Below, piece after piece: positions 29,738-38,604 of a DNA stretch of 64,000 bases. The first letter of the stretch is position 1, and every line of letters begins with the position of its first letter. A program made the translations under genes and the position numbers. Source of the DNA: a virus. The notes beneath the pieces were generated by a model, which worked only from the letters and a program-made list of their open reading frames with translations, had not been told where the DNA came from and did not search any database. The stretch lies in the IMG/VR virus record IMGVR_UViG_3300017714_002439. One strand, given 5' to 3'.

Positions 29738-30028
29738 ATGGCAGGAGTTCACAGAAATACAGATAGTCGTTCATGCGGCGCCGCAAATAACGTTGTAGGC
29801 CAAAGCACTGTTTATGTCAATAATAAATTATGTAGTGTAGACAGAGATCCTAATAGTCATGGCGGTGGTGAACTAAAAGCAGCAAATCCACAAGTTTATG
29901 TTAACAACAAACTTGTTGTTATTAAAGGTAATAGTGCAAACGGTGATAACTATTGTCCTTTGCCTGGAGGAGACCACTGTAATCCAAAGGCTACAGGAGC
30001 AAGTGGCGACACATACGTAGGCGGTTAA
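29738..30028 (+). CDS. PAAR-like spike-tip protein (gp5.4-like)
   Basis: D.R.CGA...G..TVYVN...H...VYVN...GD.C...H..P...G..TYVG. Confidence 0.8.
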   Translation: MAGVHRNTDSRSCGAANNVVGQSTVYVNNKLCSVDRDPNSHGGGELKAANPQVYVNNKLVVIKGNSANGDNYCPLPGGDHCNPKATGASGDTYVGG

Positions 30029-30029
30029 T

Positions 30030-31313
30030 ATGGCAGATTTTGAAACAGCGGCTAATTACTTAAAGAACACTGATGTTGATATAGTCACAGGTGTTACTGT
30101 TGATGCAGGCACAGGTGAAGTAGAAACTACAACAACCAGCATGAGTTTAAGAGAAATTATCTGTAGTTTACTTGCAGGTAATGGAATTAAACTTCCTAAC
30201 TTACAGTTATGTTTAAAAATTAACTTAGGTAGATTGTTAGGTATATCAGGAGTTCCACCAGAATTATATAAAGCACTTGCAGAAGCTGAAGCGGCCCTAG
30301 ACGAATTTATAGCACATACAAATATTGATAATGTATTAGCAAGACTTAATGCAGCAATCGCCGAGTTTGCCGCAATTGCTAATATGATTAATTTCTGTGG
30401 AACACCAGTTAATCCAAAACCTATTCCAAACGTATTGAAAGAAGTATTTGGTTCATATTTAGGTGCAGGTAAAGACATACTTGATAAACTAGGAACTATG
30501 TTAGACAGTGACGTAGGTGGTTGCACATCAGGTAGTGGATTTAATGCAGGTATTTTTCAAGGTGGCATTCTTAAAGATTTAGGCGATATTATAGATGATT
30601 TTGGTAGTTTAGCAAACGCACCACAGGCTACTATTGATAGTATGGTTAGCCAACTTAACACATTCTCTTCAGATATGAAGGATTTAGTTACACTTGAAAA
30701 TAACTTTAGTGGAACAAACTCAAATGGTGGTAGTGCATTTACAGATCCAACCACACAAGCAACACATACAGGTGTTGGAACTGCAATTGATACAAGCACA
30801 TTAACATTGGCAAAAGCACAAGGACTTGCAGCGGCATTAAAAGCCGCATATGATAGTTTAAGTGGATATCCAGTTGATGATCTAGGAAACAGTATATTTG
30901 ACTATTTGTTAGATCAGCAAATGTTGGCTAAATTAAAGCAAAATGATTTACCTTCAGTTGACTCAATAGAAAGAACACCAGTTTATGATTATTGTGGAGT
31001 AATTGTAGGATATACAACATCTCCAGATTATTCAGTTCCTAAAAGTTCTGGATCAGCCCCTACAACATCTACAGATCCAGGAATAACCGGACTAGCAGAA
31101 GGCGGAATAGTAAGTAATAGTTCGCCAACTACAACAACAAACCTAACTAATCCTAATCCAATGATACGAAATGGCGTTCCAGCTACTAGTATTGGCAGTC
31201 CAGGCGACAAAAAGGGTGATCTAGCTTCAGATAGCACATATATCTACATTGCAAGTGCAGATTATGACGGATCTACTAGTATTTGGGCAAGAGCTTCACT
31301 AAGTTCTTGGTAA
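30030..31313 (+). CDS. Probable baseplate/tail structural protein
   Basis: Follows PAAR; C-terminal GSPGDKKGDLASDSTYIY...W.R..LSSW motif seen in tail proteins. Confidence 0.55.
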   Translation: MADFETAANYLKNTDVDIVTGVTVDAGTGEVETTTTSMSLREIICSLLAGNGIKLPNLQLCLKINLGRLLGISGVPPELYKALAEAEAALDEFIAHTNIDNVLARLNAAIAEFAAIANMINFCGTPVNPKPIPNVLKEVFGSYLGAGKDILDKLGTMLDSDVGGCTSGSGFNAGIFQGGILKDLGDIIDDFGSLANAPQATIDSMVSQLNTFSSDMKDLVTLENNFSGTNSNGGSAFTDPTTQATHTGVGTAIDTSTLTLAKAQGLAAALKAAYDSLSGYPVDDLGNSIFDYLLDQQMLAKLKQNDLPSVDSIERTPVYDYCGVIVGYTTSPDYSVPKSSGSAPTTSTDPGITGLAEGGIVSNSSPTTTTNLTNPNPMIRNGVPATSIGSPGDKKGDLASDSTYIYIASADYDGSTSIWARASLSSW

Positions 31314-31357
31314 AATCCTAAAAAACCCAAAAAACCCTAAAAAACAAGACATTTCGG

Positions 31358-31386
31358 TTGACAAAAGAGTGTCTTACTGTTATATT
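31358..31386 (+). promoter_or_regulatory. sigma70 promoter with degenerate spacer palindrome and upstream A-tracts
   Basis: TTGACA-N17-TATATT; AAGA-GTG-TCTT. Confidence 0.75.
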
Positions 31387-31422
31387 ATATATAATTGTAT
31401 TAAATAAAGAAATGACAAGGAT

Positions 31423-31710
31423 ATGAGAGCACAAATATATAATGATGGAATTAAGCGGATTAATGCTAAAATTGAGGTACCGCTTAGTGATGAAGATGTA
31501 GGGGATTATATCTTAAGCGCCTTAACTGGTGAGTCTATAGATTTACATACTTTACAAAGAATGAATAAACGACAACTTTTGCATCTTGCCAAAGAAGAAA
31601 TTAAAACGTTTGGAACAGAAACTCCAAGAGAACGTATTGATGAAATTGACAATGATACAAAGGCTATTGTTAAAAACTATGTGAAACAAATGTTTCCAGA
31701 ACTGCAATGA
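31423..31710 (+). CDS. Hypothetical protein
   Basis: AAGGA SD. Confidence 0.65.
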   Translation: MRAQIYNDGIKRINAKIEVPLSDEDVGDYILSALTGESIDLHTLQRMNKRQLLHLAKEEIKTFGTETPRERIDEIDNDTKAIVKNYVKQMFPELQ

Positions 31711-31724
31711 TTAGGAGATCAATT

Positions 31725-32273
31725 ATGAATAAACTTAAATACGGTATTATATTAACAGCGGTATTATTTGCACAATCAGTGTTAGCAAATACTACACAGA
31801 CTACTATACAGGTTGAATCATATGTGACTAACGTTCAACCGTTACAACAAGAAACTAGAAAAATTGTTAAACCAGTTAAATCTTGTTCAATTGTTGAAGT
31901 TCCAATATACGGCACAACTGGTGGTGCACAAACTGGTGAAGTATTAGGTGGTGCAATTATTGGTGGAATATTGGGTAATCAAGTTGGCGGCGGATCAGGT
32001 AAAGATGCGGCAACAATTTTGGGTGCTATTTTGGGAGCAGATATTGCCAACAAAAAAGGCGGCAAAAAAGTTATCATAGGCTACAAACAAGTTGAACAGT
32101 GTGATATAATCAATCAAGTTGAATATCAAAATTTACCAGCTAAATATCGGGTAACTGTTAAAGTCCCAACCATGCAAAATGTTGAGCATGTGTTTATAAC
32201 TACAGATCCATTATCTATTAACTCTAGAGTAGATGTGTATGTAGCCATAAGTATAAGAGTAAAAGACTTTTAA
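31725..32273 (+). CDS. Secreted glycine-zipper 2TM protein
   Basis: Signal peptide; GGAIIGGILGNQVGGGSGKDAATILGAILG; AGGAG SD supports start 31725. Confidence 0.8.
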   Translation: MNKLKYGIILTAVLFAQSVLANTTQTTIQVESYVTNVQPLQQETRKIVKPVKSCSIVEVPIYGTTGGAQTGEVLGGAIIGGILGNQVGGGSGKDAATILGAILGADIANKKGGKKVIIGYKQVEQCDIINQVEYQNLPAKYRVTVKVPTMQNVEHVFITTDPLSINSRVDVYVAISIRVKDF

Positions 32274-32279
32274 AACAAC

Positions 32280-32355
32280 GCCGGTTTAGCTCAGTTGGTA
32301 GAGCAACTGATTTGTAATCAGTAGGTCCGCAGTTCGAATCTGTGAATCGGCACCA
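32280..32355 (+). tRNA. tRNA-Thr(UGU)
   Basis: Full cloverleaf, GCCGGTT/AATCGGC acceptor, TGT anticodon, encoded CCA. Confidence 0.95.
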
Positions 32356-32467
32356 CTAACTACATAGAATATAAAAACATAGAAAAAGGCGACAGGACTG
32401 CCGGGCTTAAATGCCTTACTAGGAAATACAAATAGACAAGACATTAACAAAAAATTATAAACAGTTT

Positions 32468-32543
32468 GGGGGATTAGCTCAGATGGGAGAGCGCCTGATT
32501 TGCATTCAGGAGGTCGTCAGTTCGATCCTGATATCCTCCACCA
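32468..32543 (+). tRNA. tRNA-Ala(UGC)
   Basis: Full cloverleaf, GGGGGAT/ATCCTCC acceptor with G3:U70, TGC anticodon, encoded CCA. Confidence 0.95.
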
Positions 32544-32550
32544 AAACTCA

Positions 32551-32576
32551 AACCCTGCCATAGTGCAGGGTTTTTT
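32551..32576 (+). terminator. Intrinsic terminator after tRNAs
   Basis: AACCCTGC/GCAGGGTT stem plus T tract. Confidence 0.85.
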
Positions 32577-32584
32577 ATTATAGG

Positions 32585-32590
32585 TAAATA
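32585..32590 (+). promoter_or_regulatory. Late promoter, leaderless spacing
   Basis: TAAATA-N5-ATG(32596). Confidence 0.6.
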
Positions 32591-32595
32591 TTAAT

Positions 32596-33528
32596 ATGAA
32601 CATAGCAATATATCAAACAGTAAACGCACATGCACCAGCAATTCACTGGTGGCTTGCAAATGATTCAAGATTTGGACCTCAAATATATTTGGGAAAAGAT
32701 CCACTCAGAGACACTCCTACTACAAAAGATGTTATAGGAACTATTGTTCAAGAAATGAGAAATCCAAGCAGCGAATCCATTACAGAAGAACTTTATGAAA
32801 TCCATCAAGAGTCATTGAGAAAAATGGAAAACCTACAAACTGACACTGGAGTATCATATTGCACAAAGGAATATTTTGAATATGGTAAAACTTTTGAATA
32901 TCCGGTTTGGAGTAATTATTTTGGAAATACTAAAAATAAAACTGCCTCGCCATATTGTGATAAACTTATTTTTGCTAAGTCTAAAAAAGGCGAAGATCCT
33001 ATGTTCTATATAACGCAATATGCATACCAAGGATTTTTTGGAGTGAAGGATGTTAAATCACATAGTGAATTATGGTGGAAAGATCATATGTTCATGGATG
33101 GAAATACTGTAGGTTATGGTATGACTGAAAAATGGAAAGAAATATGGTATGCAAAATACGAAGATCAATGCATACAAGATTTCCATGATGGCAAACTAAA
33201 ATATATGTGGCAACTAAACCAATCTCATTGGGATTTGTTTCATTGTTTACTAGAAGGCAAAGAAAGTATTATACTTGACTATAGTGAAGAAAAATTGTTG
33301 GCACGTTGTGATGATACACAAGTATTAGTAAATCAAGCTAATAGATTAAACGCATTACCAGAAAATTCATTAGTTGTTGAAATAGACTGGTATGAAAATC
33401 CTAATATTATCCTTGATTATTTAGAGGTAAGCAATAGCCCTGAATTAACATCAGCAGTTGCTTTATACAAAGAACGATTTCTCAAAGTTCGAGAAGCATA
33501 CAACAAAAAATTTAACGCCAGCGTTTAA
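32596..33528 (+). CDS. Hypothetical protein (Trp/Tyr-rich, possible sulfotransferase-like fold)
   Basis: Intact 310-aa ORF; fold guess weak. Confidence 0.6.
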   Translation: MNIAIYQTVNAHAPAIHWWLANDSRFGPQIYLGKDPLRDTPTTKDVIGTIVQEMRNPSSESITEELYEIHQESLRKMENLQTDTGVSYCTKEYFEYGKTFEYPVWSNYFGNTKNKTASPYCDKLIFAKSKKGEDPMFYITQYAYQGFFGVKDVKSHSELWWKDHMFMDGNTVGYGMTEKWKEIWYAKYEDQCIQDFHDGKLKYMWQLNQSHWDLFHCLLEGKESIILDYSEEKLLARCDDTQVLVNQANRLNALPENSLVVEIDWYENPNIILDYLEVSNSPELTSAVALYKERFLKVREAYNKKFNASV

Positions 33529-33719
33529 TTCTTTTTTAGTTTTATATAAGACTCGTCTAATTTTATATAGATACAATCTACAGCAGAGTTCTTAGACTTT
33601 ACAATTACATGTGCCTTACTTAATTCAGCAACACAATCTTCTTTTGTAGGAAATGTGCCTAAGTGATAATTTTCCATGTTACCTCCGGCTGTTACACCTA
33701 ACCATAATAGTATCCACAT
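33525..33719 (-). CDS. Small hypothetical protein
   Basis: Hydrophobic N-terminus then HLGTFPTKEDC...C pattern; follows 33721 gene. Confidence 0.55.
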   Translation of the reverse strand: MWILLWLGVTAGGNMENYHLGTFPTKEDCVAELSKAHVIVKSKNSAVDCIYIKLDESYIKLKKN

Positions 33720-33720
33720 C

Positions 33721-34203
33721 TTACCACCTACCCTGGCCTACACCTATAAGCCAAATAATAAAGCCAACAATTAATGCCACTCCTGCTGCGAGAGATAAAC
33801 CTATAATCCATTCAATGATTAATTGTTTACGTTCTTCTGCTTTATAAATTGCTTCTTTACGTTCGTTACGCATTTGTGCTTCTATTCCAACAATTTCTTT
33901 CCATGCAGAAGGTCCGTAAAATAAACTAATATGAGAACGTAATTCTTCACGCATTTCTTTTGCTTTTTGTTTATGCCCCCAAACTTCTAGAGCATTTTGC
34001 TCAACTTGGCTTGCACCAAATAGTTTTTTAAACATCGGAGGATTTTCTGCTTGTCGGTGTGCAAAATCTAAATCACTCATTGCTCCTGCCCACTTTTGTA
34101 ATGAGCCTGCCATATCATGTAAGTTTTTGCCTGTGTCTATAGCTGATTTAATGCCACGATATGCAGCGGTTGCCATCCCTATGGCGGATACTGGATCAAT
34201 CAT
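33721..34203 (-). CDS. Hypothetical protein with C-terminal TM helix (start reassigned to MIDPVSA)
   Basis: MIDPVSAIGMATAAY N-terminus typical of a marine phage family; coiled coil plus TM. Confidence 0.65.
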   Translation of the reverse strand: MIDPVSAIGMATAAYRGIKSAIDTGKNLHDMAGSLQKWAGAMSDLDFAHRQAENPPMFKKLFGASQVEQNALEVWGHKQKAKEMREELRSHISLFYGPSAWKEIVGIEAQMRNERKEAIYKAEERKQLIIEWIIGLSLAAGVALIVGFIIWLIGVGQGRW

Positions 34204-34288
34204 TTTGGTGGTCACTTTCGTTGGTGGTATCAGATCGGATACATAAATATTTAAGTAGTATTTTATCGGCATAAACCAAGTATTTAAC

Positions 34289-34317
34289 TTGACATATGCA
34301 TAAAAACGTTATATACT
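34289..34317 (+). promoter_or_regulatory. sigma70 promoter of yhhQ-proX-proW
   Basis: TTGACA-N17-TATACT. Confidence 0.75.
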
Positions 34318-34369
34318 TAACACACTTATTCATAATTTAAAGAGTAAGTCAACAAGGAGAAAAACTAAT

Positions 34370-34984
34370 ATGTTTACAAAACTTTTAGAAGGTGTAGACA
34401 AGACTCTAATTAGGAATCTTGTAATTCTACACACATTAGTAATTGCGGTAAGCAACTACTTAGTAACAATCAGATTTGATGTATTTCCAGGAGCAGAATT
34501 GCCCTTGTTTGGATCATTTCCACTAGCGGCTGCGGCGTTTACGTTTCCGATCGTTGTGGTAGCAACTGACCTAACAGTTAGGCTAGTTGGTAAAGAAGCA
34601 GGAAGAGCCGTTGTTGCAATGGCAATTATTCCGGCTATCGTTGCATCGGTACTTGTGCTATTAGCACTAGGCGATGAACATGCTTATAGAGTAGGTTTAG
34701 CAAGCGGAACAGCCTATGCAGTTGGAACAATGCTTGACGTATATGTATTCCAATATATCAGAGAAAAGTATACAGACATGTGGTGGGCGGCTCCGGCTTT
34801 GTCTACTGTTGTAGCAAACATTATTGATACGTATGCTTTCTTTTATACGGCATTTTATCCGGCGCCATGGGTAGGACCAGTAGCATTTAACAATACACTT
34901 ACTAAAATTGTAATTGGTTTGGTTGTATTTTTACCTGCTTATGGCTTACTACTAAGCTATCTTAAAAATAAAGTAAAACAATAA
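34370..34984 (+). CDS. yhhQ: YhhQ/VUT-family queuosine-precursor transporter
   Basis: SNYLV, AFTFP...ATDLTVRLVG...GR, R..LAS..AY..G..LDV.VF, ST...N.IDT..FF. Confidence 0.85.
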   Translation: MFTKLLEGVDKTLIRNLVILHTLVIAVSNYLVTIRFDVFPGAELPLFGSFPLAAAAFTFPIVVVATDLTVRLVGKEAGRAVVAMAIIPAIVASVLVLLALGDEHAYRVGLASGTAYAVGTMLDVYVFQYIREKYTDMWWAAPALSTVVANIIDTYAFFYTAFYPAPWVGPVAFNNTLTKIVIGLVVFLPAYGLLLSYLKNKVKQ

Positions 34985-34994
34985 CGGAGAAAAA

Positions 34995-35975
34995 ATGAAA
35001 AGACTACTCGCCATTATGGCAATAGCTTTAGCAATGACACCCATTGCTAAAGCAGATGAAATTAAAATTGCTGAATTAAATTGGCAATCAGGATCAATGA
35101 TAGCCAATATTGATGCTTATATTCTAAAACATGGATATGAACATGATACAGAACTTGTTCCTGGTGGTATAGATGCCACTATTGCTTCTATGATGGCAAC
35201 AGGTTCACCAAACATATTTGGTGAGGCTTGGACTTCGTTACTAGGTGATGATGCTACACTTAATATTAAATCAAGTGATGAAGATTCACTTACGCAACTC
35301 AGAGATGAGGTTGTAGTAGGAGCAGGCGAAGGCTGGTATGTTCCAGATTATATTGTAGAACAATATGGATTAAATACCATCGCTGATGTATTAGCAAGAC
35401 CAGATTTATTCCCACATCCAGAAGATTCAAGCAAAGGCGGAATTGTAATTTGTCCAGAAGGTTGGAGTTGTAAAAAGCACAACGAAAACTTATTCCGTGC
35501 ATTTGATATGGAAGCAAAAGGCTGGAAGATTATTGATCCTGGCTCAGGCACAGGCCTAAATGCATATTGGGAAGGACAAGTTCTAAAACAAGCTGGCGTG
35601 TTTGGATATTATTGGGCACCTACAGTATTAGTAGGTCGCTTAGGAATGGTTAAACTAGATTCAGACCTTGAATTTGATTCAGCACATTGGAGTGATTGTA
35701 TTGCACAATTAGAATGTGCAGATCCAAAACCAATGAACTGGCCAAGTGCAGAAACAGGAACTATTGTAACGCCAGGTATTGACATCGAAGTAGCTAATTA
35801 TCTAACAGCTCGTGGATTAGATGGAAGTGTAATTACTTCTATGCTAGTTTGGGCAGATGATAATCAAGCCACAGCAGAAGACATGGCAATTGAGTTCTTA
35901 AAACGCTATCCGGAGATTTGGAATAATTGGGTAACCACTGAAGCGGCCAACAAAATTACTAAAGCATTACAATGA
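34995..35975 (+). CDS. proX: Glycine betaine/proline-type ABC substrate-binding protein (ProX-like)
   Basis: Signal peptide, LNWQS, GEAW, EGWYVP, CPEGWSC, GYYWAPT. Confidence 0.85.
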   Translation: MKRLLAIMAIALAMTPIAKADEIKIAELNWQSGSMIANIDAYILKHGYEHDTELVPGGIDATIASMMATGSPNIFGEAWTSLLGDDATLNIKSSDEDSLTQLRDEVVVGAGEGWYVPDYIVEQYGLNTIADVLARPDLFPHPEDSSKGGIVICPEGWSCKKHNENLFRAFDMEAKGWKIIDPGSGTGLNAYWEGQVLKQAGVFGYYWAPTVLVGRLGMVKLDSDLEFDSAHWSDCIAQLECADPKPMNWPSAETGTIVTPGIDIEVANYLTARGLDGSVITSMLVWADDNQATAEDMAIEFLKRYPEIWNNWVTTEAANKITKALQ

Positions 35976-35976
35976 C

Positions 35977-36846
35977 ATGAATTTTCCATCGTTAGATAAA
36001 GGAACTATAACTAGTTTTAAAAAATCAATCGATGCAACGTTTAGAGAATTTGCGGCAAATTGGGGAGAGTGGTTTACAGACTTGCTCTCCCCATTACAAT
36101 GGCTACTAATACATTTTGAAAAACTACTATTGTCTACACCTTGGTGGGTGTTTTTAATTATAGTAAGTCTGTTAATATGGAAAGCAACAACAAATTGGAA
36201 ACTTATTATAGGTTTCCTTACTAGTTTTATAGCAATTGGATTAGTTGGCATGTGGAACGACACAATGCAAACACTAGCAATTGTTATTGTATCTACTCTT
36301 GTTTGTATTATAATTGGTATACCTACTGGTATATTAATGGCAAAAAACAAAACAGTAGAAAGAATTATAACACCAATCTTAGACTTAATGCAAACTATTC
36401 CAAGTTTTGTATATCTAATTCCAGTAGTAATGTTATTTGGATTAGGCAAGGTTCCAGGATTAATAGCAATAGTTGTATTTGCTATTCCACCTGTGATTAG
36501 ATTTACAAACATTGGATTAAAACAAGTAGATAAACATTTAGTAGAAACAGCACATGCATTAGGATTAAAACCAAAGCATGTATTAGCTCTTATTGAATTA
36601 CCACTAGCACGTAATGTTATATTAGGTGGAGTAAATCAAACAGTTATGATGGCACTAGCAATGGTAGTAATTGCAAGTATGATTGGAGTGCGTGGATTAG
36701 GATCACAAGTAATGAACTCAATAGGCAATGGATACTTAGGCCTAGGAGTTATAAGTGGATTAAGTATTGTTGCACTAGCAATTATTATAGATAGAGTTAT
36801 ACAATCACACAATAAAAAATATGACAAATGGCGTGATTATAAATAA
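35977..36846 (+). CDS. proW: Glycine betaine/proline-type ABC permease (ProW-like)
   Basis: PILDLMQTIPSFVYLIP, PPVIRFT..G..QV, EAA-loop, NQTVMMALAMVVIASMIG. Confidence 0.9.
   Translation: MNFPSLDKGTITSFKKSIDATFREFAANWGEWFTDLLSPLQWLLIHFEKLLLSTPWWVFLIIVSLLIWKATTNWKLIIGFLTSFIAIGLVGMWNDTMQTLAIVIVSTLVCIIIGIPTGILMAKNKTVERIITPILDLMQTIPSFVYLIPVVMLFGLGKVPGLIAIVVFAIPPVIRFTNIGLKQVDKHLVETAHALGLKPKHVLALIELPLARNVILGGVNQTVMMALAMVVIASMIGVRGLGSQVMNSIGNGYLGLGVISGLSIVALAIIIDRVIQSHNKKYDKWRDYK
36840..36845 (+). promoter_or_regulatory. Late promoter for TauD operon
   Basis: TATAAATA overlapping the proW stop, followed by AAGGAG SD. Confidence 0.6.
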
Positions 36847-36867
36847 CTATATAAAGGAGAATTGAGC

Positions 36868-37713
36868 ATGGAAAAACAGATAAAAGATTTTACAGATGAA
36901 GAAATGCTTAACGAAGCAACACGTATATTAACAGAAGGATTTACGTTGTATTACGATCAACAATTTACTATGGGTGAGTTAGTTGAATATTGTGGCAGAA
37001 TAGGAAGCACAGATGATGACATGCTAGGTTATATGCAGTTTAACCCAGAAGAACATCCTGATATTTCTATTGTATCTCCAAAGCCAGATATGTTACTTGG
37101 TCATTGTGATTTAGAATGGCATTCAAATGGAACAGTGCATCATGTGGTTGATGGTGTTTGGGAACACAAAGAATGGTTAATTTGTTTGTATTGTGTAGAC
37201 TATTGTCCTGATACAGTATTGTCAGTGAGTAACAACAGAGACGCATTTTTGGAACTACCCGAAGAAGAAAAACAATGGTGGCGCGGTGTTGAAGTGCAAT
37301 TAAACAACAACGGTGGAAGTATAATGGGTCAATATTGGAACCCACCAAACAAATCAGATGCGGCAAAAACAGCACGAATGGAAAAGTATGTTCAAGCACC
37401 AAAACATGAAGGTGACAGTAGAATGCCAGTAGTTAATACTCATCCTATTGGTGGACAAGAATTTTTATATTGGCAACCGCCTTTGATTAGTAAAGCATGG
37501 CACAATGGAGAACGAATAGATATTAAGCCATTGCAGAAAAAGTTTGATGCAGTTATTAATAGAACAAAATATATTAAAGACATTGTGTTTAGACCCGGAG
37601 ACATATTAATTATGGATCAATTTTACACACTACATAGACGTTCTCCAATATTAGATAAAAATAGAGAACTATGGAGAGTAGCAATAGACTACAAACATAC
37701 TATTGATAAGTAG
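36868..37713 (+). CDS. TauD/TfdA-family dioxygenase with HxN variant motif
   Basis: LEWHSNG, LYCV..C..T, HPIGG, FRPGDILIMDQFYTLHRR..R.LWR. Confidence 0.8.
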   Translation: MEKQIKDFTDEEMLNEATRILTEGFTLYYDQQFTMGELVEYCGRIGSTDDDMLGYMQFNPEEHPDISIVSPKPDMLLGHCDLEWHSNGTVHHVVDGVWEHKEWLICLYCVDYCPDTVLSVSNNRDAFLELPEEEKQWWRGVEVQLNNNGGSIMGQYWNPPNKSDAAKTARMEKYVQAPKHEGDSRMPVVNTHPIGGQEFLYWQPPLISKAWHNGERIDIKPLQKKFDAVINRTKYIKDIVFRPGDILIMDQFYTLHRRSPILDKNRELWRVAIDYKHTIDK

Positions 37714-37725
37714 AAAGGTATTTAC

Positions 37726-38604
37726 ATGAGTATTAAAAAATTACAAGACTACACTGATACAGAATTAAAAGAAGCAATGTATCAATGTGCTTCTGATGGA
37801 TATATATTACTTCATGATCAAGAATTTACTAGACAAGAATTAGTTGAAGTAAGTAGACGCATTGGTGATACAAATGATTCAAACCCATCAATGGGGCATA
37901 TGCAGTTTAATCCAGAAGATACACCAGATCTTTCTTTAATTACATCACAGCCAACTGGAACTGATCCACATGGCATGTTTGGTCCATCAGATTTATTATA
38001 TCATCATGATTTTGGAGTATGTCATTTTGGTGAATTCAAAGAACTACTAACAGGACTATATTGTGTAGGTTCGTGTCCAGATACAGTATTAAGTTTAATG
38101 AACACACAAGTTGCATTTAACTATTTGTCTGAGGAAGAAAAAGAATGGTGGCGTGGTGTTGAGACACAATTGAATCAAGGTTCACATGGAATATATGGAA
38201 CACCTGAAGAACACAATAGAGACCCTAGTTTAAAAGGTTACAAAGTTTTTAAACATACAGATGAAAGACAAAAAGTAATTAACATTCACCCGTATACTGA
38301 TAAAGAAATTATGCTATGGCAACCTGCATTTCTTGACAAGGCATGGCACAATGACGTGCCGCTTGACATAGAAGAATTAAAAGAGAAGTTCTTAAAGGAC
38401 CTATACAAAGGTAAGAACATAACTGACTTTGTTCTTAGAGAAGGCGACTTTTTAATATGTGACCAATTACTTACATTACATAGACGCAGTTGGGTTAAAA
38501 GTCTTGATAGAATGATATGGCGAACAGCATTTGATTATACTAATATACTTGGCCCTAATAAATCATATGATCCAGAAATAGAAAAACTAAAAGTAGTAAA
38601 ATAA
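37726..38604 (+). CDS. TauD/TfdA-family dioxygenase
   Basis: LLYHHD (HxD), LYCV, HPYT, LREGDFLICDQLLTLHRR..R.IWR. Confidence 0.85.
   Translation: MSIKKLQDYTDTELKEAMYQCASDGYILLHDQEFTRQELVEVSRRIGDTNDSNPSMGHMQFNPEDTPDLSLITSQPTGTDPHGMFGPSDLLYHHDFGVCHFGEFKELLTGLYCVGSCPDTVLSLMNTQVAFNYLSEEEKEWWRGVETQLNQGSHGIYGTPEEHNRDPSLKGYKVFKHTDERQKVINIHPYTDKEIMLWQPAFLDKAWHNDVPLDIEELKEKFLKDLYKGKNITDFVLREGDFLICDQLLTLHRRSWVKSLDRMIWRTAFDYTNILGPNKSYDPEIEKLKVVK

Noticed and set aside
32356-32467. GC-rich patch between the tRNAs (AAGGC...GCCTT) as a third tRNA or HDV-like/theta ribozyme
   Set aside because: No cloverleaf and no convincing nested double pseudoknot by hand.
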